A DNA stretch of 64,000 nt from Octopus bimaculoides (lineage: Eukaryota): NCBI RefSeq assembly GCF_001194135.2, contig NC_068989.1:13024446-13088445 (forward strand), read 5' to 3'. The translations under genes and the position numbers were made by a program. This document shows positions 39,818 to 53,073 of the stretch, one piece after another (position 1 is the stretch's first letter; each line of letters starts with the position of its first letter). The notes below the pieces were generated by a model that searched no databases, had not been told where the DNA came from, and saw only the letters and a list, made by a program, of their open reading frames with translations.

Positions 39818-41949
39818 TGTGTATGACTGTGCAGGTGTGTGTAAATGCGTGCGTGGTGTAATTCTGTATTTCTGTGCACGTATGTACTTGAGCGTTTCTA
39901 CCGAATTAATTATATATTCCCAAAAAATAATATCCTTCAAATTGTGATATATATCCACCACACGTATTCTAGTATTCTGTAACTATTTTCACTTCAACAG
40001 AGCGACCAACATTTTCAATCTTACCGACAGCCTCGAAAATAAATATTTTTAAAAAGCATTTCATGACACAAACAGAATATAAATTAACCGGAAATTAGAC
40101 GTAATAAGCAAATAATAGTTTTATGTATATAGTTCAATAGTAATACTGCTTTAGTACATTTGCATGGTTGCTAGCTGTCATTCAATACAGATAGTCACAT
40201 AGTTTGAATAACAAGTAGCTTTGCTGAAATAGTATGGCACAAAGACGTTTGTTGTTGTATTGTAAATTTTTTCAGATTTTCTGTTCTGTTGTTGGCGTTT
40301 TGAATGTCAGTTACAGTCGTGTTTTTTACGAGGCCGTGAGACACAGAAAAAAGGAAGTATTATTTTCAAATAGATAGCTTTTCTCATTTGAGTGTTTTTT
40401 CTTGCCTGGATCCATAGCTTATATTAATATAAAGGCTTTTTTTTATGATAAAGGAAAAATATGCTTGGAGACTACTCCGTACCCTCAAAAGAAAACATTT
40501 TTCGTTTTGAAATTTGTATGTGCGTATGTGTGTATGTGTGTGTCTTAGTATCAGCATTCAAGAAAACACGAAAGCTCTACGTACGTTCTGGTGTAAGATT
40601 TTTATCGTAAAATATATCCGTTTACATATGCTTCTTTGCATTATCTAAGTATTCAAAAGTGTCTATGTAATTATCTCGACATCTCTATATCACTAAAATA
40701 TATTTTCACTGGAAAGCTGGATTTAAAAAAATATATAATCCATAGTGTTATTCGATAAAACGTTGAGGAGTTTTCGAGTGCTGAAAAAATTCTACAATTG
40801 AAATAAAAGTTTCCTAAAATTCTATGGGGATTATCTATTAGTATTTTGGAGATATAATGCAAATTAGGGTAAACAAAAACCCAATACAGAAAATGTCGAC
40901 ATTAAATCGTTTGTCAATAAGATAAAATTAATCTTATGTAGTCTTCCAAAGTTAGCGGGTTTCAGTTGTAATCAATGGATTTAATCAAGAAAGAGGAAAT
41001 TACAAACGCTGAACAAATTGTTCAGTATTATCTATTTGTAGCTATTTCTGTCGCCTTTAGTCTAGATTAATACGATGCCGGAGTGTAAACAGCAGCTCAT
41101 ATTCCATTACTAATGCTATGTTGCATCAATGACCAAATATTTAACTTTAAGTATGATCTGCTCCACCAAGCTGATAATCGTTACTACGAGTAGAAAACAA
41201 GTAGTCATTAACGAGACTAGAGTATAGTCGCTAAAATTGTAGTCTAAGTACTTAGTATTTTTTTCTTTGTTTTAATTTGAAGGCATGTGCTCAAAACATT
41301 ACATGAATGTTATTTGAAGACGAATGTGATAGAAAAACGAATTATTTTCCATTCAGAAAAATAGCATTTTATTTCTAGTTTTGAAAAGTTTTCAGCATTT
41401 TAAAATATGTCTTAATATCAAAAATACACATACATGGAAAAACTCACTATCTGAAAGTATAGATCGTGAATTCAAGGATACAGATCTGTCGAAGATACTA
41501 CATCGTAACAATGTGCAGAAATTGAATATGGAGCAACATACTTAGTTCCCAATATGGAATTCCAGTTAACTACATGAAGCCTACGTATAATATGATTCTG
41601 TCCAACCATTAGCGGCATAGCAAAATAAATTGAATATTTACAGTTTATGGTGAAGGTGCAATACTTTCCGACCGAACCAGACAACTGTGGGTAAGAACAT
41701 TTATATTTTGGAACTACAAAAGCAATGGCTAAAGAATATATGTGTGTGTATGAGTGTGTGCGTATAAAATTCAAGTAAAATGTAAAGGTATATATATATA
41801 TATACGCGTGGATCATATATATATGTCATAATGAAATGACAGAATATTAAATGTCCATTCTGATTGTACTAGTACTTTCATGCATTAACCTATGAAATCT
41901 TCAGGTTCGTGTAGTATTGGCCATCACTCTTTTTCAATAGCTATACTTA

Positions 41950-42890
41950 TGTCATTGGCCTTTGATGACGGAAGGTTTTCGACTTTGGTACTCTCTTTTG
42001 TGTTTGTTGGTTTGGTCTATATTCATTCCTGTAAAAACCTGGACAGAAAGAGGTGAAGTTGTTTCTTGTAAATCCTACTACATGTAGATCTCTCAGTAGT
42101 GGTTTCTTGAAAAATCCTACTTTATGTAGAGCCCTTAAGTGTCTTGGCAAGTTATTAAATAGCTGTGAGCAGTTGAAGCCCAAGCTGTTGTAATTCATGG
42201 TCACTATCATGACGGGGCAGGTGGGAACTTTAGAACTGTGCATTAACATCCAATTCGGCGAATTCGAAGTTCGGTGCCAACCCCTCCACGATCTTTCATA
42301 TATCTATCATTGCATAGCTATCAGGTCTTAGCTCACGGGAGTAGAGTCGTAGCTTCTTCAGTCTCTCACACTGGGGCATATGTTCCATTTGACGCAATCT
42401 TTCTGGCGTAGCACTGCTGAATTGCCTCACGTTACGCTAATAATTTAACATTGTGGCATGACCAGAGTTGAGAGCAGTAATACAGACGGCTGATTACATA
42501 TGTCCTCCATAGTACCAGCATAATTTCCTGGTCTCCTGTTTAGAAAGTCTTCAGAATTCATCCAACCAGTCACCTGCATATTGTCACCATATTTGTACAT
42601 GAAACGAGACGTTGCAGCTCATATTAATCCCCAGATCGAGCACTGTATTTGTCTCAGTGTTTACCGCAACTTTTGATCCAAAGTGTTATTGTTGAAGCAA
42701 TGAACACAATCTAACTAATAGCAGTGGGCTTGGAATTTGCATGTATTAAATCGCATGTTGTTTTCTTCAACCCGTTTATATATGGAAGCTAGGTCTTTCT
42801 GTATAAGATTAACATTGAAAGGTTTCTTGACTGCCTCTACTGTTCTTGTTTCATCGCCATAAAATTTTTGTGTCACGCTATCTGTGAAAT
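41950..42890 (-). mobile_element. CR1-like LINE, decayed RT C-terminal half
   Basis: FYGDETR (degenerate FADD)...LIQKDLASIYKRVEENNMRFNTCKFQ; NSLGFNCSQLFNNLPRHLR; resembles the 49079 fragment. Confidence 0.8.
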
Positions 42891-44084
42891 ATGCAGCAAA
42901 ACCCGAAAGAGTTACCATAAACAAAGCCATCTTTTGTTTTTCTTTTGTCTTTTGTTGCAGTCATTGGTATATGACCTTAATCACGCAAGTGTGCCAATGC
43001 CGTTACCCATGTGTAATGTGTGTTCGCACGCGTGCGTGTATATGAGTATGTGTGCGCACGCGTGTGTCTGTGTTTAGATTTACATACACTATTTCCGTAA
43101 AACTAAATATATTATTCCATTATTCATCGTATCCATAAATACATGAATACTTATATGTATACACACACAGATACACATACACATACACACACACACATAT
43201 ATGTATGTAATTATGTATGTATGACTGTGTATGTATATGTACATATATATNNNNNNNNNNNNNNNNNNNNNNNNNNNNNNNNNNNNNNNNNNNNNNNNNN
43301 NNNNNNNNNNNNNNNNNNNNNNNNNNNNNNNNNNNNNNNNNNNNNNNNNNNNNNNNNNNNNNNNNNNNNNNNNNNNNNNNNNNNNNNNNNNNNNNNNNNN
43401 NNNNNNNNNNNNNNNNNNNNNNNNNNNNNNNNNNNNNNNNNNNNNNNNNNNNNNNNNNNNNNNNNNNNNNNNNNNNNNNNNNNNNNNNNNNNNNNNNNNN
43501 NNNNNNNNNNNNNNNNNNNNNNNNNNNNNNNNNNNNNNNNNNNNNNNNNNNNNNNNNNNNNNNTATATAAATGTATGTATATGTGTGTGTATGTGTGTGT
43601 GTACATACATAAGTATGTATGAATATATTCATCTATATATGTATGTATGTATATAAGAATGTTTCGCGTTTGTTTATCGTTTTGTGAATCACCGCGAAAG
43701 ACACAACCTTACTCCAGCGTGTATTCGACAGTGTGATGTCTTTACAATTAAAATTTATAGGAAGACACATCTCTGCTTGTTACAATAAAACTTCCTCCCA
43801 ATTAATTTGAAGAGGATTCAGTTCAATAGTGTTTAAAATAATCAAATTTTCATATCCACTGGACTATTTAAGAATTTATTCTACAACACACACTTTCATA
43901 TCCACTTCTAATGAGAGTTTGAGAGATTCTTTTATTCGTGTTTCTGTCGAACGCCATGTTACATGTTGTTCTATCGTCATGTATGATAAAATTGAATACA
44001 TTCACTTTAAGTAGACATTTCATGTTTCCATCCTGATGGCAAGATGCAATAAATTAGTATTTTAAAAGTCAATTCATGTTAGCT

Positions 44085-44290
44085 GGCATTCGAATTGCGT
44101 TAGCGGATTCAAGTAGGCGACGCGATCAGCTGTATATTGGCAGCTCTTCAAGAGATTGCGCGGAACGAAGTTAATTTGGCTTTTAGATTCACAGAGAGCG
44201 ACGGAGATAGTATTAATACTTGAGAGCGTTTATTGTTAGAGGAGAAGTTGTATACGACGCGTTTGCTATGAACAGTACCATTGACTAAGT
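44085..44290 (+). mobile_element. Possible highly decayed RTE-like RT fragment
   Basis: IQVGDAISCILAALQEIARN resembles RT domain 4 (VRQGDxISPxLFxAALxxI); weak. Confidence 0.35.
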
Positions 44291-44908
44291 AAGATAGCCA
44301 CATACAAGAACGTACGCGTGTTTATGGTATGTACATATATATATATATATATAGATCGGANNNNNNNNNNNNNNNNNNNNNNNNNNNNNNNNNNNNNNNN
44401 NNNNNNNNNNNNNNNNNNNNNNNNNNNNNNNNNNNNNNNNNNNNNNNNNNNNNNNNNNNNNNNNNNNNNNNNNNNNNNNNNNNNNNNNNNNNNNNNNNNN
44501 NNNNNNNNNNNNNNNNNNNNNNNNNNNNNNNNNNNNNNNNNNNNNNNNNNNNNNNNNNNNNNNNNNNNNNNNNNNNNNNNNNNNNNNNNNNNNNNNNNNN
44601 NNNNNNNNNNNNNNNNNNNNNNNNNNNNNNNNNNNNNNNNNNNNNNNNNNNNNNNNNNNNNNNNNNNNNNNNNNNNNNNNNNNNNNNNNNNNNNNNNNNN
44701 NNNNNNNNNNNNNNNNNNNNNNNNNNNNNNNNNNNNNNNNNNNNNNNNNNNNNNNNNNNNNNNNNNNNNNNNNNNNNNNNNNNNNNNNNNNNNNNNNNNN
44801 NNNNNNNNNNNNNNNNNNNNNNNNNNNNNNNNNNNNNNNNNNNNNNNNNNNNNNNNNNNNNNNNNNNNNNNNNNNNNNNNNNNNNNNNNNNNNNNNNNNN
44901 NNNNNNNN

Positions 44909-44946
<38 letters not shown>

Positions 44947-44947
<1 letters not shown>

Positions 44948-45108
44948 GACGGGCTTCTTTCAGTTTTCGTCTACCAAATCCACTTACAAGGCTTTGGTTG
45001 CTCGAGGCTATAGCAGAAGACACTTGCCCAAGGTGTCACGCAGTGGGACTGAACCCAAAACCTTGTGGTTGGTAAGCAAGCGAGTTACCACTCAGCCTCT
45101 CGAACGCC
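44947..45108 (-). mobile_element. SINE family B left arm next to (TA)n and gap
   Basis: ACGACGGGCTTCTTTCAG...GCAGTGGGACTGAACCC...GGTAAGCAAG. Confidence 0.9.
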
Positions 45109-45339
45109 TATTCTTGTATATGTATTAATATTCTGAAGACTACACGTGTAAAGACAAATATTTACTTACACAAATCTGAATATAAACACATGCACACACA
45201 CACACAAACTCACACTCACATGTGTGTTTATATGTATATATATATATATATAGGGAGAGCATGTATTCATGTATGTACAGACATGCAGATGGACAAACAG
45301 ACACACAAACAAAGGGACAAAAGACAGACAGGCAGAAAG

Positions 45340-45481
45340 ATAGATAGAGAAACATGCAGACGGATAGATAGACAAATAGATAGACCGATGGATATATATA
45401 GATAAATGGACAGACAGGCAGATCGATCGATCGATAGATAGATAGATAGAGAGATAAATAGATACATAGATAGATAAATAA

Positions 45482-45544
<63 letters not shown>
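45340..45544. repeat. (TAGA/CAGA)n microsatellite running into a gap
   Basis: Read directly. Confidence 0.93.
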
Positions 45545-46529
45545 NNNNNNNNNNNNNNNNNNNNNNNNNNNNNNNNNNNNNNNNNNNNNNNNNNNNNNNN
45601 NNNNNNNNNNNNNNNNNNNNNNNNNNNNNNNNNNNNNNNNNNNNNNNNNNNNNNNNNNNNNNNNNNNNNNNNNNNNNNNNNNNNNNNNNNNNNNNNNNNN
45701 NNNNNNNNNNNNNNNNNNNNNNNNNNNNNNNNNNNNNNNNNNNNNNNNNNNNNNNNNNNNNNNNNNNNNNNNNNNNNNNNNNNNNNNNNNNNNNNNNNNN
45801 NNNNNNNNNNNNNNNNNNNNNNNNNNNNNNNNNNNNNNNNNNNNNNNNNNNNNNNNNNNNNNNNNNNNNNNNNNNNNNNNNNNNNNNNNNNNNNNNNNNN
45901 NNNNNNNNNNNNNNNNNNNNNNNNNNNNNNNNNNNNNNNNNNNNNNNNNNNNNNNNNNNNNNNNNNNNNNNNNNNNNNNNNNNNNNNNNNNNNNNNNNNN
46001 NNNNNNNNNNNNNNNNNNNNNNNNNNNNNNNNNNNNNNNNNNNNNNNNNNNNNNNNNNNNNNNNNNNNNNNNNNNNNNNNNNNNNNNNNNNNNNNNNNNN
46101 NNNNNNNNNNNNNNNNNNNNNNNNNNNNNNNNNNNNNNNNNNNNNNNNNNNNNNNNNNNNNNNNNNNNNNNNNNNNNNNNNNNNNNNNNNNNNNNNNNNN
46201 NNNNNNNNNNNNNNNNNNNNNNNNNNNNNNNNNNNNNNNNNNNNNNNNNNNNNNNNNNNNNNNNNNNNNNNNNNNNNNNNNNNNNNNNNNNNNNNNNNNN
46301 NNNNNNNNNNNNNNNNNNNNNNNNNNNNNNNNNNNNNNNNNNNNNNNNNNNNNNNNNNNNNNNNNNNNNNNNNNNNNNNNNNNNNNNNNNNNNNNNNNNN
46401 NNNNNNNNNNNNNNNNNNNNNNNNNNNNNNNNNNNNNNNNNNNNNNNNNNNNNNNNNNNNNNNNNNNNNNNNNNNNNNNNNNNNNNNNNNNNNNNNNNNN
46501 NNATATATATATATATATATATATATAGG

Positions 46530-46690
46530 GAGAATTCGCGAAAAAACAACAGACGAAGACAGGTGGTGTAGACAACAAAAGGATGTATTAGTATAATGCT
46601 CGGGAATAGAGAAAGTCCTTAATGTTTCGAGCCTACGCTCTTCAACAGAAAGGAACACTGAAAAAAAAAACAAGGATAGAAACAAGGAGA
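46530..46690 (-). mobile_element. Probable Penelope-like terminal (pseudo-LTR) fragment with a degenerate minimal hammerhead motif
   Basis: Minus strand 46653-46617 reads CCTTT-CTGTTGA-A-GAGC-GTAG-GCTC-GAAAC-ATT-AAGG; PLE assignment is from recalled similarity and the motif. Confidence 0.5.
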
Positions 46691-48149
46691 GAGTGTTTAT
46701 GTGAATGTGTGTGTATATGTGTTTCTTCTATTTTTTTAATTATTATAAATCTTCCACTGAAGAAGAAGCCTGTCTCCAACAAAAATACTAGGCTCCATCT
46801 TTGGGATGTAATAAATACAAACAAATTGTATGTATGTATGTATGTATGTATGTATGTATGCATGCATACATGTGTGTATGTACATACGTTTTTATATATA
46901 TACAACAGATGTATATGTCAATTCCCTGCAGATATTTCCAACGATGTTTTAATTGATTGATGGTGATATTACATCGTTTAAGTGCCTTGTTATACATGTT
47001 ATACAAAATCCGCAAATCTTGATAAATACGGCTTTCCAATGTTTCCTGGTCAAAATAATAATTTATTTTCCCTTTTTTCAACCTAAGGACAAGACCATTG
47101 GTCAGTTGTCTTTTGAGCAGATAAATCTTAAAACAAGATGTCTGATGTCTAACGTACGATTTGTTCTTATTGAATATGTTTAGACGTATTCTAACTTTGA
47201 AAATATCACTATCTAACGGGTATAAAGTAAAGATGTAAGTATTTAGAAATCTAGGGTGAGGCGTATGAGAAAAATGGTTTCTCGTAACTGGAATACAGTA
47301 TGAGTTGTTACGCATTAAATTCTGCAGTGTTGTTGGCAAGTTCAGTCCTCCAACAGATAAAGTTGTCGATACAGAGCAGCTTCTTGTGTAAAGGACATTA
47401 AAGCTTTATGTATGTATGACAGAGTGACTGCTTGCGAGAATGGAAGGTGACGATTTAAACGAATCGAATGTCATAGGATGCTAGACAATAAGAAATAATG
47501 AAAAATATATGTGAATGAATTGCAACAAAACAGAAAAGGAAGAGGCAAATATGCAAATAAAGTTAAATTATGTATGTTACTTATGTTATTAAGTTTACTC
47601 AAGGCACAGTTAGCAGACACCTTGCTTTGGATAAATTCACATTAAAGGAGAAAATTTGTAATGAATAATACAAGTAATAACTAAAAATGATAGAAATAAG
47701 TATATAGGTGGAAGGGTGCATAAGTGGATGTGTGTTAAAGCGTCTATGAGTTTCAACACGTTTCAACACGTTTCTAATGACGTACACTCGCAACCATTAT
47801 GCGAAACGAATCTTTGTTCTCTTTCCCCAGGCAGATGCCTAAATATTCCATCATGTTTATTAAATATATTTTTGTAGTATTGAAAGTACATTTCTTTGCA
47901 TTCTGTTGATATTTTCCACCAATTGATGTTTTCACTTTTAACGTTGCCAAAAGGCTAAAAGATAAATTGCTTTTACTTTTTTTCGGTACGGCTATTTTAT
48001 TAACTCTAGTTCTTGACTATTTTCTTATTTTTACAGATATATGACGGATGAACGCTAACATCTCTCACACTAAAATTTGAACTCGGAAGGTAAACTTTTC
48101 TTAATAATTTTTTTATCTACGCAACCATTTTGGAAGTATTATCACAATC

Positions 48150-48470
48150 GGTCGGCGGATATACTCAGACAAAATGGTACTACTTGGATCGGTAGAAAAT
48201 GATCTCCAGCATAAAGGGAGCAGGTACACTGTGGAGTGCTACAAGGTAGGGATGAGAATTATAATTGCGAAGACTCAGATATTATCTCAATAAAATATCC
48301 AGTGCATTCTTCATATTAGTGGAACATCGCTGGGACAACAGGGAATATTTATGTACATCGAGGATGTATATACGAGTTGTTGATAGCAATAACCTCACTT
48401 AGATGATAGAACTACGGTGCTATAACAGTAATGCAGCAGTTCCAACATTCCATCCTCAAAAGAGGATAGG
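48150..48470 (+). mobile_element. RTE/Expander-like RT fragment (domains 5-7)
   Basis: YSDKMVLLGSVENDLQH...VECYKVGMRIIIAKTQIL...CILHISGTSL resembles FADDxVLLASSxxDLQHxLxxFAAECxxxGMRIxxxK. Confidence 0.6.
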
Positions 48471-49078
48471 TTGGTAAAAAATCAGGCCCTGTATGAATGT
48501 ATGTATGTATGTATATACATACACAAATATATCTTTATATATATACATACATATGTATATATATATACATATGTATATATATNNNNNNNNNNNNNNNNNN
48601 NNNNNNNNNNNNNNNNNNNNNNNNNNNNNNNNNNNNNNNNNNNNNNNNNNNNNNNNNNNNNNNNNNNNNNNNNNNNNNNNNNNNNNNNNNNNNNNNNNNN
48701 NNNNNNNNNNNNNNNNNNNNNNNNNNNNNNNNNNNNNNNNNNNNNNNNNNNNNNNNNNNNNNNNNNNNNNNNNNNNNNNNNNNNNNNNNNNNNNNNNNNN
48801 NNNNNNNNNNNNNNNNNNNNNNNNNNNNNNNNNNNNNNNNNNNNNNNNNNNNNNNNNNNNNNNNNNNNNNNNNNNNNNNNNNNNNNNNNNNNNNNNNNNN
48901 NNNNNNNNNNNNNNNNNNNNNNNNNNNNNNNNNNNNNNNNNNNNNNNNNNNNNNNNNNNNNNNNNNNNNNNNNNNNNNNNNNNNNNNNNNNNNNNNNNNN
49001 NNNNNNNNNNNNNNNNNNNNNNNNNNNNNNNNNNNNNNNNNNNNNNNNNNNNNNNNNNNNNNNNNNNNNNNNNNNNNC

Positions 49079-49426
49079 TGCATCTCACATAAGAACAAGA
49101 TACTGCAGCAGCCTCGGTTTCAGAGGACCTCAGCTCTTCAATGCCCTGCCAAAACATTTGAGAGACCTGCAAGACACGGATATGGAGGTCTTCAAGACAA
49201 AACTCGACGCTTTCCTCTCCACGATACCAGACGAACCAATGGCAGCGATGTCAAATTCTCTTATACACCAGATGTGCCATCAAAACTCTTGATTGGACTA
49301 TATCAGGTGCAGGAGAAGAGCCATGCAAGGAACGTGAAGAGAGCAAAACATAAAGACAGAAAATCACGGTGGTGCTCCAGCATGACCACAGCCACTTGGC
49401 TGAACCCCATAAATAAATAAATAAAT
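49079..49426 (+). mobile_element. CR1-like LINE 3' end (ORF2 C-terminus, 3' UTR, double hairpin, (TAAA)n tail)
   Basis: CSSLGFRGPQLFNALPKHLRDLQDTDMEVFKTKLDAFLSTIPDEP, stop at 49292, GGTGGTGCTCCAGCATGACCACAGCCACTTGGCTGAA at 49368-49404, then ATAAATAAATAAATAAA. Confidence 0.88.
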
Positions 49427-49451
49427 GTATGTATATATATACGTATGTATA

Positions 49452-50633
49452 TCAGGTCATTAAGAATGAAATGTTCGATTTTCTTATGCACCAAGATTGA
49501 CTGAAATGTTTTATCCTGACAAGTCTTTGTTTTACAACATTGAAGAATTATATCATCACTTTTCGAAATGCAATTCATGGTGTCTGATTATATTGTGAGA
49601 GTTTTCCCTTGTAAATCAATGGATAGATCGAAATTTTGGTTGTTTATTAATATGAGTTCCGTCGTGGAACCAATGCATCCCAGACAACTCGAAATATCAA
49701 TGAGGCAAATGGACGCAATCTACGTCGATGTTTTGAGAAGGTCCCGACTGTGACTTTACTCTTGAAATTCCGCCCCGTGATAAACCCGAGGCCAAGGAGG
49801 ATAATGATGAGATGGAAATTGTAGTTGAAGCGGATACATCTCAAACTACGCGCGAGTTAGCAGCAAGGTTTGATGTTTCGATTCCAAAGGTATTGGGCCA
49901 TCTGATAGGCAGGCTAATGAAGCTGGACAAGTAGGTACCACATGAACTGAACGAGCATCATATGATACTTGCTGTTCTTTGCTGCCACGGTATAAAAGCG
50001 AACCATTTTTGCATCGCATTGTTAGGTGTGATGAGAAATGGATTCTTTTCAACAATAGCAAGCCTTCTGCACGGTGGTTGGATAGACGAAGTGCCAAAGC
50101 ACAATTCAGAAAAGAGTATTCACCAAAGAAAGCTAACAGTGTCTGTTTGGTGGTCAAGATTCATGAGAGCTGGTAAGTCAATTACAGCGGATGTATACAT
50201 GAAACGATTGGATGAAATGACGAGTGGACTTCTTATTAAACAACCGAGATTGGTCAATAGAGACAGGCCCATTCTCTTGCAAAGAACGTTACTGAAGTTA
50301 CAGGAACGTTACTGAAGTTACAGGAACTGAACTCGGAAGTGCTCTGTCATCCACCATATTCACCAAGCTGACTATCACGTTTTCCAGGCATTAGACAACT
50401 TTTTGCAAGGAAACAAAATTAAATGTGAACAAAATGCAAAAAGAACCTTTCGTGATTTCATCACCTCTTGCTCTTCAGGATTCTTCGCTGCCGGCACAGA
50501 TAAGCTACCAATAAAATGGCAAAATTGTGTTGATAATTTAGGTGCATACATTGATGAATTAGATTACTTTTTGTTGAGATAAAGTAAAATAAACTTTGAG
50601 TTCGAAATTGGACATTTTATTATTAATGACCTG

Positions 50634-50634
<1 letters not shown>
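49452..50634 (+). mobile_element. Near full-length dead mariner (DD34D) transposon with ~30-bp TIRs and TA target duplication
   Basis: TIRs TCAGGTCATTAAGAATGAAATGTTCGATTT and AAATTGGACATTTTATTATTAATGACCTGA; TA at 49450-51 and 50635-36; frameshifted transposase with ADTSQTTRELA, *VPHEL, FLHRIVRCDEKWI, HPPYSP, KWQNCV. Confidence 0.93.
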
Positions 50635-50666
<32 letters not shown>

Positions 50667-50849
50667 AACACGCACACACACACAAACACACACAGACACA
50701 CACACACACACATAGACACACACATTGAAAGAGTCTCTTTCGCATGTGGAGAAACAGATAGCAATCAAAGAAATAGATAGACAGACTGATAGACAGAAAG
50801 AAAGAAAGAAATGTAGAAAGTAGCTAGCTAGTGAGCTAGCTATCTAGCC

Positions 50850-50851
50850 AA

Positions 50852-50933
<82 letters not shown>

Positions 50934-50967
50934 GGATAGATAGATGGATAGATAGATAAATAGATAG
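50850..50967. repeat. (TAGA)n microsatellite
   Basis: Read directly. Confidence 0.95.
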
Positions 50968-51459
50968 ATTTCACCTGATTTTCCATTTAAAAAATAGATT
51001 AAATTTTTTTTACATTTGTTGGGAATGAAATTAATTTCAAAGAAATTGTGAGTCACGTCGAAGGTGGAAAATATTTTAAAGCACATCTATAATTTTAAAG
51101 TGTATAAAGGAAATATTGTCTGTTCATCTTTGTATCTACAATGTTTCTCTTGATATCTGTAGGTATGTGAAATTTCATTTGCTTATGCATAATTTTATTT
51201 GATTTATTCGATAAGATGTTTTCTTCGTTTCCTAATTTCTGCCGTAGGTTCTGCTGTAAATGTTATTTCTAAAAACGTATTATCATTGTTTGATTTTATA
51301 TTCTAGCCAGTCTGTCTACAAATATGTATATAGTGCACATTTGCATATACGATTATATATATATATATATACTTACTTATATATAAGAATTTATATATAA
51401 ACACGTACGAGCGTGTATATGTATATCTGCAGTTTATAACTATGTAGTTTAGTGTATGA

Positions 51460-51465
<6 letters not shown>

Positions 51466-51544
<79 letters not shown>
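51466..51544. repeat. (TG)n microsatellite
   Basis: Read directly. Confidence 0.95.
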
Positions 51545-51546
<2 letters not shown>

Positions 51547-53034
51547 CAATGCTATATTTGAATTTTCAGTATGGATGAAGAATTCCTAAAACACAGAGAA
51601 CACTTCCAGGAAACTAATTTTTGTGAAGCCATGTTTCAGACAAAGGTACGTGTGTAAGGGAGGACATGGGTGTTTGAGAAATGTATGATGTTGAAGTGCA
51701 TACCGCAAAACATTTTGAAAGAAATTAAAAATTATTAAATATGTTGATAATACTACAGACTTAAATATTGGAGATTTCCTTATGAAACAAACGAAGATTT
51801 TTTTTTGGGGGGGGGGTTATGCACCAATTTTTGCTTCTCATAAATTGTCGACACAAGGAAAGCAACAACGCTTCCGAGTTTAGGCAATTTGTCTAAATAT
51901 GTTTTTCAAGAAATCAAACCAAAATTCATCTTTTTAATTCGCTGTTTTCCTGAAAATACTGATATAAAGGTGATCATATTCGTTCGTCAATGATCGTTAT
52001 TATATCTCGTGCTAATTGTTCCAGTTCTCTGCGTTACGGGTTCAAAACTTGCCGATGTCAACATTGCCCTTATACGTCTGAAATGAAAACATAATCAAGA
52101 TATAGAACTGCTTTTTCTATCTATTTGTCTCGATACCACTCGTGCTGCCTCACTATAGACTGTGTTCTGTAATAATAAAGCAGGAAAATATGCAGCCAGA
52201 AGCAAGGTTTGTTATTTTCACACGAATATTTCATGACAAACACAGGAAACGTACAAAAATATTATGGCATCTCCTTCATAAAGACCAAATCACTCTCGTA
52301 CAAATATAAAAAAAGAATCCCGTCATATAATAGTTTCTGGGTCACTGTCCGAATTGATGAGAGGCAGTTAGTAATTTTTTGCAATGTTCTTTCAGATAGT
52401 TTCAGGAAGAAATCAGAAACTGTTGTAGTTCCACCGACTGGGTAGAGATTTCGTATGATATAAATCCACCAAGTTTGAAAATTTTAAAAGATCTAACGAT
52501 CATGGAAATAGTTCTTAATCTTCGGCCTTGGGGGTTTGAGGAAATGAGATTAAACAAGAATAACGACAAAGCAGAAACAATATATGTATTTGATAGCGGA
52601 TTGATATTCTAGTCCTCACTTTAAACGCTTATTGTTCCCACAGATTACAGTATACAGAATCTTTGGACACATGCTGAAAAAGCAATGAAACATTACTTAC
52701 TGCATACCACAACATTAGCAAATGCTAAGAATGCGATTCTCGCTAGCTTACTGCGGGATTTCAGTCTTCTGATAGTTTCACCACACTGTGTGTCTTAACA
52801 TATGTTTCAATAATTTTTATGCGGTGCATCAAAGAACGTCGCATTCTTAACGATTCAGTTCGGGACTCAGAGCTTGATCAATGCTTAATATTATATATGA
52901 TGATGATTAAATATTAAGTAAAATTATTATGCAAAATTCTTTAGAATTTCTTTCGTCTATGTAGAATCGCTAATTCTTCGGGTAAATCCTTCACTAAAAT
53001 GAAAATTCTTAGAAGAGAGATATGCATACGTGTA

Positions 53035-53073
<39 letters not shown>

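Noticed and set aside
52401-52446. Plus-strand exon-like SFRKKSETVVVPPTG
   Set aside because: Good acceptor but weak donor (GTAGAG) and an in-frame stop directly after
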